A stretch of 64,000 nucleotides of DNA from the IMG/VR virus record IMGVR_UViG_3300031566_000016, positions 11,154-75,153 of that record; one strand, given 5' to 3'. This DNA is from a virus. A program made the translations under genes and the position numbers. Under the pieces are notes generated by a model. It had not been told where the DNA came from and did not search any database. It saw nothing but the letters and a program-made list of their open reading frames with translations. The number at the start of each line of letters is the position of its first letter. Position 1 is the stretch's first letter. Of the stretch, positions 8,807 through 17,814 are shown in pieces.

Positions 8807-9736
8807 CTAGTGCCTGGGGGTCCAGGGCGTATTCTGAAATAGGGCCATGATGAACTGCCGGGCGCTGCGAATGTCTGTACCGAGCGAGGCCGCGAGACTG
8901 GCCAAAATCACTTCCAAGGTGCCGAGGCTCGCCTGCCCGGTCTTTACCAGCACCAGCAGGTGCCCGAGGCTGGCGAGTTGTGCCTGTGAGACGCTGAGAC
9001 CCGCGCCGACACTGGCGTTGCGCGAGGCCGTGAGGCCATCCAGCAAGGTGCCGATGCTGGCGGGCGCTTCGGCGGCCAGGGTCAGCAGCGTCCCCATGCT
9101 CGCGTCATGGGCGTTACTGGCGCTGAGGCCGGCCCCGAGGCTCCCGTCACCCGCGCCGCTCACGTTCATCCCCGTACCCACGCTGCCATCGAGATCTGCG
9201 CTGGCGTCTCGCCCATGCGCGCTGCTGGCAGGTTGCGCTCCGGTGACATCGAGGCCGGTGCCGAGGCTGCCGTCACCCGCCGCGTTCACATCGCGCAGGG
9301 TGCCCAGGCTGCCATCGCCGACACCGGCTACGTCCAACCCGGCCCCCAGCGAACCGTCGCGGCTGCCTGTGACCTCCAGCCCCGCCGCCACCGCGGCCGT
9401 GAGGGCCTGTGTGATCTGTAGCAGCGTGCCGAGACTGACGAGGCGCTCCTGCGACAGCACGAGGCCGCTGCTGAGGCTGCCACCGAGAGCTTGCGCGACG
9501 GTGAGTCCTGCGCTCAGGCTGGAGGCGAGGGCTCGGGAAACGGCCATGCCGGTGCCGAGGCTGGCGAGGCGGCTGTTGCTGATCGCCGCGCCCCCCGTTA
9601 CGACCACCAGCACCAGCCCCAACCCCGAGTGGTCCAGCGTCGTCGTGTCAATGGCCGTCGTGCCGTCGTGCAGAGGCACGGAGGTCATGCCGCCGTAGCC
9701 GAGACCGCTGTAGTCGAGGGTGCGGGTGTCTCCCAT
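8807..9736 (-). CDS. 14-aa tandem repeat fibre/shaft protein
   Basis: About 17 repeats of consensus xxxSLGTGLxVxxx. Confidence 0.65.
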   Translation of the reverse strand: MGDTRTLDYSGLGYGGMTSVPLHDGTTAIDTTTLDHSGLGLVLVVVTGGAAISNSRLASLGTGMAVSRALASSLSAGLTVAQALGGSLSSGLVLSQERLVSLGTLLQITQALTAAVAAGLEVTGSRDGSLGAGLDVAGVGDGSLGTLRDVNAAGDGSLGTGLDVTGAQPASSAHGRDASADLDGSVGTGMNVSGAGDGSLGAGLSASNAHDASMGTLLTLAAEAPASIGTLLDGLTASRNASVGAGLSVSQAQLASLGHLLVLVKTGQASLGTLEVILASLAASLGTDIRSARQFIMALFQNTPWTPRH

Positions 9737-9738
9737 AG

Positions 9739-11256
9739 TTATGCCAGCGCCGGATCGTCAAAGTAGAACAGCGCATCGCCGTCGGTGTTGTCCGTGACGC
9801 GCAGGCCGAACTGCACCACGCCGTCATAGGCCACGGTGCCGGTGAGGTCCACGGTGTGCTGCGTCTCGTTGCCATCCCAGGCCGTCGCCACATCCGTCAC
9901 GGTCACGGCAGCATGGTCGGCGATAGTCAACCCGTTCGGCTGGAAGAGGAAGACCTCCACGGTGGGCACGGTTGCCCCCGCTAACGAGGTGCTGCACTGG
10001 TAGAAAGTGAACGCGGTCGGCGTGTCGTCCTTGTCCACCAAGAACGGTGGCAGCAGGTAGGTGCCCGGCACCGACTTGTCGCCGGGGTCCATCCGCAGAC
10101 AGTGGCCGGTGCCGCCACGACCTTCTACCTTGTCCACCACGATGTTCGGCGCGACGAACCACTCATTGCCCGTCGTCAGGTCCACGTTGCAGGCGAGGAG
10201 AGTGCCACTCATGCCAGTCGTCTGAGATTGCCCCCCCGTGTCCGCCTCCCCGATCATCAGCCATCCGTTAACCACGATGAGATACACGGACGTAGCTGCC
10301 GAGCGGGCATACAGCTTACCAATCACCAGGGCATATGGAGTGCTAATGTTTACGGCGCATGCGCCGCCGCGCAAGTCAGCAAAGTCCACGCGGGTTAGAG
10401 ATACGTTGGTCAGCCGAAGGCATCCTACTGTTGACCGAGTACCGTACACATATAGAGTCCCCACCGAATCTGGAGCAGCCACAGTGCAATATAAACCGTA
10501 GTTGCCCGGCCCAGCAATGTAGCACAAGTCAAGCCCGGTGCCTGTGCAGGCGTTGGTGAGGAAAAGCACACCGTATGTGTTCGTCCCCGACGAGTAGAGG
10601 TCACTCACCAGGCAGGCGAGCGCCCCGTTGAAGATCCATCCTGTCGAGTAATCGCACACCCCGATTTTGCAGTTGCGCATGTCGAGATAGTCGGCGGTGA
10701 TGGCCAGGCCGTTGCCGGTCAGCGTCGTGCCGCTCTGCTTGATCCACGTCTCCCCGTCTACTAATCCTGTCGTCGGGTTCCACCCACCCGAGACCTTTAT
10801 CATGCTGCCGGCAGAACCCGATTTGTTGCCTAGCGTCTCCCCCGCGCTGGCGTGAGGGGCGAGTTTGCTGGCCGCACCCGTACCACCAGGACCGTAGTAG
10901 GACATATTGCCGGCAGTGCCGAGGGTGATGGTGGTAGTCGGCGCGCCATAGCTGATCGCCCTTACCCGCCACCACATTTTGCTATTCGGGAGGGCGTTGT
11001 CGCTGTTCAGTTTGATGAAGTCGCCGACCGCGATCTCGCCCGTGAAGTCGCCCGTACCCGTCACTGTCGCGGAGTCGTTGGTGAAGGTCAGGTTGCCGGT
11101 GGCTATCGCTGTCGTGCTGGACTTGGCGATGCGCACCTCATCGCCCGCAGAGCAGAGGTTCAGCGCCGCGTCGAACGTCTTCTTCGCCAGCGCCCAGGTG
11201 CTTCCGTTGTCGCCATCGTCGCCCGTCGTCGGGTCGCAGAAGTAGGTCGTGCCCAC
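9739..11256 (-). CDS. Tailspike/fibre-like protein, probable beta-helix
   Basis: N-terminal YFCDPTTGDDGDNGSTWALAKKT...AGDEVRI motif typical of pectin-lyase-like folds; Gly/Thr rich. Confidence 0.65.
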   Translation of the reverse strand: MGTTYFCDPTTGDDGDNGSTWALAKKTFDAALNLCSAGDEVRIAKSSTTAIATGNLTFTNDSATVTGTGDFTGEIAVGDFIKLNSDNALPNSKMWWRVRAISYGAPTTTITLGTAGNMSYYGPGGTGAASKLAPHASAGETLGNKSGSAGSMIKVSGGWNPTTGLVDGETWIKQSGTTLTGNGLAITADYLDMRNCKIGVCDYSTGWIFNGALACLVSDLYSSGTNTYGVLFLTNACTGTGLDLCYIAGPGNYGLYCTVAAPDSVGTLYVYGTRSTVGCLRLTNVSLTRVDFADLRGGACAVNISTPYALVIGKLYARSAATSVYLIVVNGWLMIGEADTGGQSQTTGMSGTLLACNVDLTTGNEWFVAPNIVVDKVEGRGGTGHCLRMDPGDKSVPGTYLLPPFLVDKDDTPTAFTFYQCSTSLAGATVPTVEVFLFQPNGLTIADHAAVTVTDVATAWDGNETQHTVDLTGTVAYDGVVQFGLRVTDNTDGDALFYFDDPALA

Positions 11257-11257
11257 G

Positions 11258-11443
11258 CTACCTCACCTCCTCCCATTTGCGGATCGCGGCCAACCTCGCT
11301 GCCAGCGGCTTCGGCTTGCGGCGCTTCCCGGTCGGGTTATCATCCAGGTCCACCAGCGGCCCACGCACCCGGTAGCCGACCGTCACCACAACCTCGTCAC
11401 CGTCGCACTCCACGTCCAGTATGCGCAGCTTCGGTGCGGGCAT
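11258..11443 (-). CDS. Hypothetical protein
   Basis: Abuts neighbours; GGAGG RBS. Confidence 0.5.
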   Translation of the reverse strand: MPAPKLRILDVECDGDEVVVTVGYRVRGPLVDLDDNPTGKRRKPKPLAARLAAIRKWEEVR

Positions 11444-11709
11444 CAGAACTCGCCTCCCTCAAGCCCCGCCAGAAGTTGCTCCTCGGCGTGGGCGATGGAC
11501 GCGGCCTCGCAGGCCTCGCGCAGCTTCGTCATCGCCTCGGCGTCCGTGGCGTTGCGGTCCACCGGCACCACCAGGTACTGCAGGTCCTCGGGCGCGAACT
11601 CCAGGTGGCCGCGCACCTGCTGCCGGTCAGGGTTGGCGTCGTCAATGCGCCAGTGCTCGACGCGGATGCTGTACCCGTCGCCGATCTCCTCGGTGTAGCC
11701 GCTGTACAT
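11443..11709 (-). CDS. Hypothetical acidic protein (possible fibre chaperone)
   Basis: AGGAG RBS; packed upstream of tailspike-like gene. Confidence 0.55.
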   Translation of the reverse strand: MYSGYTEEIGDGYSIRVEHWRIDDANPDRQQVRGHLEFAPEDLQYLVVPVDRNATDAEAMTKLREACEAASIAHAEEQLLAGLEGGEF

Positions 11710-11735
11710 GGTCTCGCTCCTATGTGATCGTTACG

Positions 11736-11843
11736 CTACCCCGCCCCGCCGCACAGCCACCCGACCGCCAGCCCCGCCAGGATGATCGCCACTTGTGCCA
11801 GCCGCCACCGCCACGACCTGCCGATCGCTTTCCTCGTCATCAT
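11736..11843 (-). CDS. 35-aa single-TM peptide
   Basis: MMTRKAIGRSWRWRLAQVAIILAGLAVGWLCGGAG; ATGA overlap with upstream stop. Confidence 0.45.
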   Translation of the reverse strand: MMTRKAIGRSWRWRLAQVAIILAGLAVGWLCGGAG

Positions 11844-13006
11844 GTCACCACCACCGAGTTTTCGACGATCCGGTGTGTCGTGCCGCTCACAACATGCCGC
11901 CCGAACAGCACCGTCCCGTCGCGCTCGTACAGGCTGATGTCCAGCCGCCCGATCGCGTCCGCGCTGCAGGCCACGTCGGCGTAGCCCGAGGGCAGCGCCG
12001 GCAGGGCGTCCGTCCCGAGCAGCGTGATCGTCCCCGAGCCGACCACGTACTCGTAATACTTGGCGTCGGCGCCGTCCACGCACATGAACCGGAACGTGTC
12101 CGCGGCCACCTGCAGGAACGGCGTGATGTGGACGGTCGGAAGCGCCACGGTGTCCACGGTGCCCTTCGTCGGCGTGGCCGGGGTCACGTCCCAGGCGGCG
12201 AAGTCGAAGTAGGGGTCGTCGGAGCCGTCGAGGTAGGAGCCCGAGCAGATGTAGATGTGGGTGCCGTCGCCGGCGTCGTAGGCGGCGGCGGTCTGGCCGG
12301 GGTCGTGCGTGGTCGCGCCATAGAAGACGGGAGTGGTCGTCCATGTCTTGCGGGTGAAGGCGATGTCGAGCGGGTCGGCGGTGATGATCTCCGCGAAGGC
12401 GATGAGGTAGGTCTCTACAGCGCTGATGAGGCCCTGGAAGGGGAAGAGGATGTAGTTGGTGCCGCCGATGGTGGCGCGGCAGGGGCGGATATGGTCGCCG
12501 GGGCCGTAGTAGGGGCCGTCCCACCACCAGTTCCAGGGCCAGTCGGGGGGGGTGCCGCCGGCGGCGAGGGTGGGGGCGGGGGCGGTGCCGTCAGGTGTGG
12601 TTGTCCAAGGGTTCCCAGGAAGTGATGCTCCGTCGCTCACGTAGAGAGGGTCGCCACCGCCCGAATTGATAATCCAGTAGTCGCCGATGTCTACCAGATT
12701 GTACCCATGCTCATTGACGAAGGGACTGCCTACCCCCGTGTAAATGCCATTCGCGTTCGCGATGCCTGCACTACTTGCGATCCATGACATGACTTTGTGC
12801 CCCTTCGCCTTGTACGTCGGACCTTTGCGCAGGTGAGGCGCAGGCCCGCTGTCCCGCGCCGCCGCCTCGTCCTCGACCGCAGGCCCGTACCACACGGCCT
12901 GCCATGTTTCCGGCCTCGCCAGTTGCGGCTTCGCGATGCTCAGCACCGCCGCGCACAACGCCAACAGCACCAGCCCGCACCAGAACCCCCGCTCCCATGT
13001 CTTCAT
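11840..13006 (-). CDS. Signal-peptide/TM-anchored beta-rich protein
   Basis: GAAAGGCGG RBS before MKTWERGFWCGLVLLALCAAVLSIA; possible internal start at 12790. Confidence 0.55.
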   Translation of the reverse strand: MKTWERGFWCGLVLLALCAAVLSIAKPQLARPETWQAVWYGPAVEDEAAARDSGPAPHLRKGPTYKAKGHKVMSWIASSAGIANANGIYTGVGSPFVNEHGYNLVDIGDYWIINSGGGDPLYVSDGASLPGNPWTTTPDGTAPAPTLAAGGTPPDWPWNWWWDGPYYGPGDHIRPCRATIGGTNYILFPFQGLISAVETYLIAFAEIITADPLDIAFTRKTWTTTPVFYGATTHDPGQTAAAYDAGDGTHIYICSGSYLDGSDDPYFDFAAWDVTPATPTKGTVDTVALPTVHITPFLQVAADTFRFMCVDGADAKYYEYVVGSGTITLLGTDALPALPSGYADVACSADAIGRLDISLYERDGTVLFGRHVVSGTTHRIVENSVVVT

Positions 13007-13036
13007 CTCGAACACCGCCTTTCTCTGAAAGCACAA

Positions 13037-13172
13037 CGGCCCCCAAACAGGAACCACGCTGCGTTCCGCCAGGATCGCGCCGTGGAGCCCGCTGGGGGCC
13101 GAGATGACCTGTCGCCCTACTCGCCGCCCGAAAGCGGCTTAGAAACGCTCCTGTGTGTTCGCGATCCTGGCG
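13037..13172 (-). ncRNA. Candidate structured leader RNA
   Basis: 13-bp perfect inverted repeat 13067-13079 / 13160-13172 enclosing further stems, directly after promoter. Confidence 0.4.
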
Positions 13173-13178
13173 AGGACC

Positions 13179-13207
13179 GTTCTACTCCCATAAAACTTCG
13201 GTGTCAA
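13179..13207 (-). promoter_or_regulatory. Sigma70-like promoter
   Basis: TTGACA-17 bp-TAGAAC in intergenic DNA. Confidence 0.6.
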
Positions 13208-13244
13208 GGTGCTTTGCGCGAAATGACAAGCCCACTCCCACGCC

Positions 13245-13628
13245 TCAGGAAATGTACTCGATCAGCGTCTCTGTAGTAATTGAGACGGGCGCCCCCGCCG
13301 GGCAGTTGATCCCCGGCGTCACCGGAATCCAGAACCACAGCGTCCCGTCCGCCTTGTGGACCCCGATCGCCACCACCACGCCCCAACCCACCGACGGCGT
13401 GCCGAAGGCGAACTCGGCCTCGTTCCACACCGTCCCCGGGATGCCCCCCGACCTCGCCAGCAACGTCCCGTTGATCCGGGCATAGCCGCCGCCGGTGCAT
13501 TCCGTCCCGGCCGCCGACTTGCTCGGGCTCACCGTGTACAGCCCGATCTTGAAGGGCGAGAACGTTGCCACCCAGTCGCCCCACTCCTCGGCGAACGCAT
13601 TGGTGCAGTTGTACTCTGTGACGGCCAT
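13245..13628 (-). CDS. Small tail/fibre-associated structural protein
   Basis: IGLYT...GTECTGGGYAR...FGTPSVGWGVV pattern common in phage tail genes. Confidence 0.65.
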   Translation of the reverse strand: MAVTEYNCTNAFAEEWGDWVATFSPFKIGLYTVSPSKSAAGTECTGGGYARINGTLLARSGGIPGTVWNEAEFAFGTPSVGWGVVVAIGVHKADGTLWFWIPVTPGINCPAGAPVSITTETLIEYIS

Positions 13629-13670
13629 CGTTCATCACCCTTCGCTTCTCGCGTTGCGTTCTCGTCTACC

Positions 13671-16502
13671 CTAACTTTCCGGCACCGACCATGGCCCGAC
13701 CATCTCGCGCCCCTCGAACTGCGTCGTTCCCCGGCTCGGATCGTGGCGCACCCCCACCAGCCTGAACTTCAACCCATCGCACCCCGCCCACGCCGCCCCC
13801 TGTACCTGCGCCACCATCCCCACCTTCACCGCCACCGCCATCGGCGTCACGAACCGGATCTTCTTCGCCCGCACCCCCGACCGCGCCGCCAGTTGCGCCA
13901 CCCGCTGATTCACGTCCTGCTGCGTCATCAGGGCGTCGTCATTCTCGACCCGGCTCACCGTGAACCCGACAAAATCATCCCCCGGTGGCTCAGTATAGTC
14001 CAAAGCATCCGCGTTCCGCCAGTGCCCGAGTATCTGCCGATCATCAGACCACTCCGCGGCGATCCTCGCATCGCGCCACCAGCGCCCCCGCAAGCTGTAC
14101 TTCTTGTCCCGCCGCGCCGAGGTCCCGACAACCGTGATGCTGTTGGCATAGTCCTGCCGGTCCAGCGCCGCGACCTCGCACCGAAAATCCCAAGCCGGCT
14201 GCACGCTGTACGGCCAGAACGGCGCCGCCTCCAGTGGGTCATTGAAGCCGTTCCACGTCACATCGGGCGTCAGATAGGCCACCAGGTCAACACCGCCGGT
14301 GATCCGCAGCGCGTCCGCCGCCAGGCACCCACTACTGTCCCACCCGTTGTCGCTGTGTGTCATCCACTCTAGCACATCGTTGCCGTTCCCATCCGTCCCC
14401 ACCACGGCTTCCGTCCGCTTCGTGCGGCAGTACCGACAAGCCGTCTTGACCTTCCCGTCGCTCAGGTCGTAGTACAGCACCCCGCCGTAGCCGCCCCAGG
14501 GGTCGCCCTGGTCACTGCGGCTGTCGCCCCCCGCGAGGCTGCGCATGACTTCCAGCCAACTCTTCCCGCGGCCATGCACGAGCTGGTCGCTCTCCGGGAT
14601 GTCCAGGATGTCCTCCAGGTCGTACTGGCGCGCCCCGAAGCCATTCATCTCCAGCCCGAAGCGCAGTGCGTCATAGACGCTCCATGACCGGAAGCACAGG
14701 TCGCTCTCCCCTTCCCACTGCGCCAGTGCCAGCCACCCGAGTGCGTCGATCAGGCTGATGCGCCCCTCCAAAAAGCCTGCTTCCACGGCCGCGATCCACA
14801 TCTCTGCCCACGTCGCCGTCACATCAGTGTCCGCCCCACCATCGAGGTCCTCGTAGATCCAACCCACGTGGTTGAGCTTGACCGCCCGTCCCACGTTCCA
14901 GTCCGCCAGCGGTGCCGTCGCCGGGTCCACCCAGTCCCCCGGCGCCCCGATGGGCCCGAGGTTGCTCACGGTGAACCCGACACGCTGGTTGCCCTCCGCC
15001 TCCCCGTCAATGCCGATGTCCGCCACCGGCCGCGCCGGCACCGTGAACGCCGGGGCCCCGTTGTCCGTCAGCACCGGCTCCTGCCAAATCTGCACGGCCT
15101 CCACGAACGGCGGCGTCTGCGTCAGCACGTCGTCGTAGATGGCCGCCCCCGTCGGGTAGACCCCCTCGCTGATCCGCAGGTCATACCGCATGTGGTCCGT
15201 CAGGCCGTCATCATCCGTCGCCACCGGCCCAACCAGCGAGACTGACATGCCCTCCGTGTCCGGCAGCGTGTCCACGATCACCGGGGCTTCGTCCTCGGAC
15301 GCCCGGGCCGCCCACGAGAAGGGCTGCCCCAACACCCGGCCCTGCACCGTGGCCACATCCAGCGACGGCGCATACTTCGGCCAGGACCGTGCCGTCGCCA
15401 CCGGGAACACATTCAGGTCCAGCCAGCACGTGAACTGGCCGGGGAAATTGCTCACCAGAACCTGCCCGCTCGGGCAGACCGGCTCGTCCGCCCCCTCTAC
15501 CAGGTAGTAGGCGAAGTTCTGGTCGTTCAAGTACCCACTTTGGCTCACGCAGATCGCGTGGCCCATGGTGCCGATGTGGTACGTGTAGCCCTCATCGGCG
15601 GCCTTCTCGGCCTTGTACTCCTCCAGGTCGCCCTCTGTCCACGCCCGCGGCACGAAGTGACCGGCCGGGTTCGGATCGAAGGCCCACACCCAGTCGGCAC
15701 CCACCCACTCGTAGAGCTGCGGCTTGCCCACCACCGGGCACCACAACATCCACTTGCCATAGGGGTAGGAGATCGTGTGCAGCGTCGTGTCGATGTGCAG
15801 CCCGCCCCAGGAGATCGTCGTCCCCGGCAACTCGTTGCCGAGGATATACGCTGCTGCCGCGACCGACTGCATGTAGGGAGAACACGCCTGCCGGCGGAAG
15901 CCCACCGTGAAGAACGGGTTCGGGGCCTGCCCCATGTGGCCATCCGCCAACTCGGGGCCCGAGAAACCGACCTCCGACCTGATCCAGTTCTGCGGCACGC
16001 TGCTGTCGCCCTCGTAGGCGACCTTCTGCGTCATATCGTAGAGAAGGCCGTCCGGGCGGAGAGTGAAGTCCCAGTAGGCGGTAAAGTCGTCGTAGGTGGC
16101 TCCCGTCGGGGAGAAGGTGTAGTAGTTCCAGAAGTCGTTGTGGATCGTCCCGGCGGGGGTCGGCCAATCTGGCGCGCCCGTGCTGGTGGTGACACCCCAG
16201 CGGCGCGTCGGGGTGTCGTCGCCGCGGATGGCCGGCACGGGCTGGCGGTAGTACGGTGTGGGGAGGATGCCCTTGAGATGCTGGCGGTTGATCGGGATGA
16301 GATGGGGGATGGCCTGCGCGCCGAACTGCGTCATCGTGTTCGCGGGGAAGGCGCTCGTGTAGAGCTTGCCAGCCTGGGCCAGCGAAGCGAGACGATCATA
16401 AAAGAAGAACCCCTCGCTGCCGGCAGCGATGCTGTACTCGCGCTTCCGGCTGTCGGCCAGCGCGACCTCGATCTTCGGCGTCTTGAACATCGGGTTCGGC
16501 AC
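13671..16502 (-). CDS. Large tail tip/hub protein
   Basis: 943 aa, downstream of tape measure; C-terminal ANSITVVG...KVGMVAQV...FRLVGVRH hub-like pattern. Confidence 0.6.
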   Translation of the reverse strand: MPNPMFKTPKIEVALADSRKREYSIAAGSEGFFFYDRLASLAQAGKLYTSAFPANTMTQFGAQAIPHLIPINRQHLKGILPTPYYRQPVPAIRGDDTPTRRWGVTTSTGAPDWPTPAGTIHNDFWNYYTFSPTGATYDDFTAYWDFTLRPDGLLYDMTQKVAYEGDSSVPQNWIRSEVGFSGPELADGHMGQAPNPFFTVGFRRQACSPYMQSVAAAAYILGNELPGTTISWGGLHIDTTLHTISYPYGKWMLWCPVVGKPQLYEWVGADWVWAFDPNPAGHFVPRAWTEGDLEEYKAEKAADEGYTYHIGTMGHAICVSQSGYLNDQNFAYYLVEGADEPVCPSGQVLVSNFPGQFTCWLDLNVFPVATARSWPKYAPSLDVATVQGRVLGQPFSWAARASEDEAPVIVDTLPDTEGMSVSLVGPVATDDDGLTDHMRYDLRISEGVYPTGAAIYDDVLTQTPPFVEAVQIWQEPVLTDNGAPAFTVPARPVADIGIDGEAEGNQRVGFTVSNLGPIGAPGDWVDPATAPLADWNVGRAVKLNHVGWIYEDLDGGADTDVTATWAEMWIAAVEAGFLEGRISLIDALGWLALAQWEGESDLCFRSWSVYDALRFGLEMNGFGARQYDLEDILDIPESDQLVHGRGKSWLEVMRSLAGGDSRSDQGDPWGGYGGVLYYDLSDGKVKTACRYCRTKRTEAVVGTDGNGNDVLEWMTHSDNGWDSSGCLAADALRITGGVDLVAYLTPDVTWNGFNDPLEAAPFWPYSVQPAWDFRCEVAALDRQDYANSITVVGTSARRDKKYSLRGRWWRDARIAAEWSDDRQILGHWRNADALDYTEPPGDDFVGFTVSRVENDDALMTQQDVNQRVAQLAARSGVRAKKIRFVTPMAVAVKVGMVAQVQGAAWAGCDGLKFRLVGVRHDPSRGTTQFEGREMVGPWSVPES

Positions 16503-16513
16503 GACACATCTCC

Positions 16514-17356
16514 TCAGACTGCGTGAAGGTCAACGAGCGACCAACTCGCGCCGCTGTCAACCGAGTCGTACTCCACGATCCCTGCGCCGGTCCCCGGCAG
16601 ATCGTCCCACGCCGTGCCTGTCTTCGGCACCACCACGATCAGTTCCATGGTCGCCGGGCGTCGGATGATCGCTGGCCGCCCTTCGTCCGCCGGCCCCACC
16701 ACCACCGGGTCCCCGAGCGTCTCCAACGTCGCGTCCGCCCGGAACTGGTACGCCATGCACTTGCCCGCCGCCCCCTGGTACGCGCCCGGGAGATACCCCA
16801 CGAGGCGCAGCACATCCCTATCACACCACAGGTTCGGGTACTCCAGGCCATCCACGTCCGCCGCCCAGACCGTCCCACTCAGATCCTTCTCATGCCACGT
16901 GGCGCCGCGGTCGGGGCTCGTGTTCAGGATCGTCTTCGCTCCATGCCAGACGGCCTCGAAAAAGCGCCAGTTGAACGGATGGACCACCAGCACCGGGAAG
17001 CGTGGAGACCCGAATGGTTCATAGACATTGACCACATCCCCCACCTGCGCCCACGTCTGTTGGTCATATACCCGGAACCGCACCGTGCCCCCGCCGATGC
17101 TCACCACGTAGACCCGGTTCTCGAACGGCACCCCGTAGGCCTCGACATCGGTGAAGTCCGCCGGCGGGGTCCCCGTCTGGAGTGTCACTGGTGCGCCCCA
17201 GCCGCCGTCTAACGACGCGGAGGGCACAACCTTGAGCAACCCCCCGGTACTGACCACCAGCTCCGTCTGGGCGTCTCCTGGCAGCACGTTCGCCACGGCT
17301 GAGGTATCCGCGGCGAGGGTGTCCACTGTCGTCCGTTCCGACCAGGTGTAGGCCAT
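16514..17356 (-). CDS. Tail protein with Asp-box (BNR) motifs
   Basis: SLDGGW, SPDRGATW, SVDSGASW. Confidence 0.6.
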   Translation of the reverse strand: MAYTWSERTTVDTLAADTSAVANVLPGDAQTELVVSTGGLLKVVPSASLDGGWGAPVTLQTGTPPADFTDVEAYGVPFENRVYVVSIGGGTVRFRVYDQQTWAQVGDVVNVYEPFGSPRFPVLVVHPFNWRFFEAVWHGAKTILNTSPDRGATWHEKDLSGTVWAADVDGLEYPNLWCDRDVLRLVGYLPGAYQGAAGKCMAYQFRADATLETLGDPVVVGPADEGRPAIIRRPATMELIVVVPKTGTAWDDLPGTGAGIVEYDSVDSGASWSLVDLHAV

Positions 17357-17814
17357 CAGGGAAGCAACTCCAACTCGTGCAACGCCTCTACGACCAGCCG
17401 GGCTATGCCACTCACGAAGTAGGCGAACTCTTCCTCTGGAGAGAATGCACCGGCCGGGGCATCCGACAGATCCCAATCCACCGAATTGCCCCGTTTGCGC
17501 CGCCACCAGGCCGCTGCCGCGTGGACAGACTCATGGACAATGGTTGACGTGCCCAGGGCTGTGCGACACAGATACATCGTGCCGAACTCGCGACCGACAA
17601 CCTGCCTTCCATTGGTCTCTCTGCACAAGCGGTATCGGCAGAAAGCGCCCTTCGTTACGCGATTGTTTTTGGAGGCATTGAGATGCCCTGCGGAACGCGC
17701 TGCTGCCACCATCTGTTTGCGCTTCTCAAACACCCGGACATTGAAGCACAGCCCATGTTTCGTCTCAGGCCAGATCGTGAACCACGCCACTTGTCCCTCG
17801 GGGAGGTCGCTCAT
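17356..17814 (-). CDS. Small basic HExxH protein inserted in tail operon
   Basis: TIVHESVHA...EEEFA zincin-like motif; lower GC; overlaps both neighbours. Confidence 0.6.
   Translation of the reverse strand: MSDLPEGQVAWFTIWPETKHGLCFNVRVFEKRKQMVAAARSAGHLNASKNNRVTKGAFCRYRLCRETNGRQVVGREFGTMYLCRTALGTSTIVHESVHAAAAWWRRKRGNSVDWDLSDAPAGAFSPEEEFAYFVSGIARLVVEALHELELLP

Noticed and set aside
5333-13006. Diversity-generating retroelement acting on fibres
   Set aside because: No reverse transcriptase and no TR/VR pair with adenine-specific mismatches noticed
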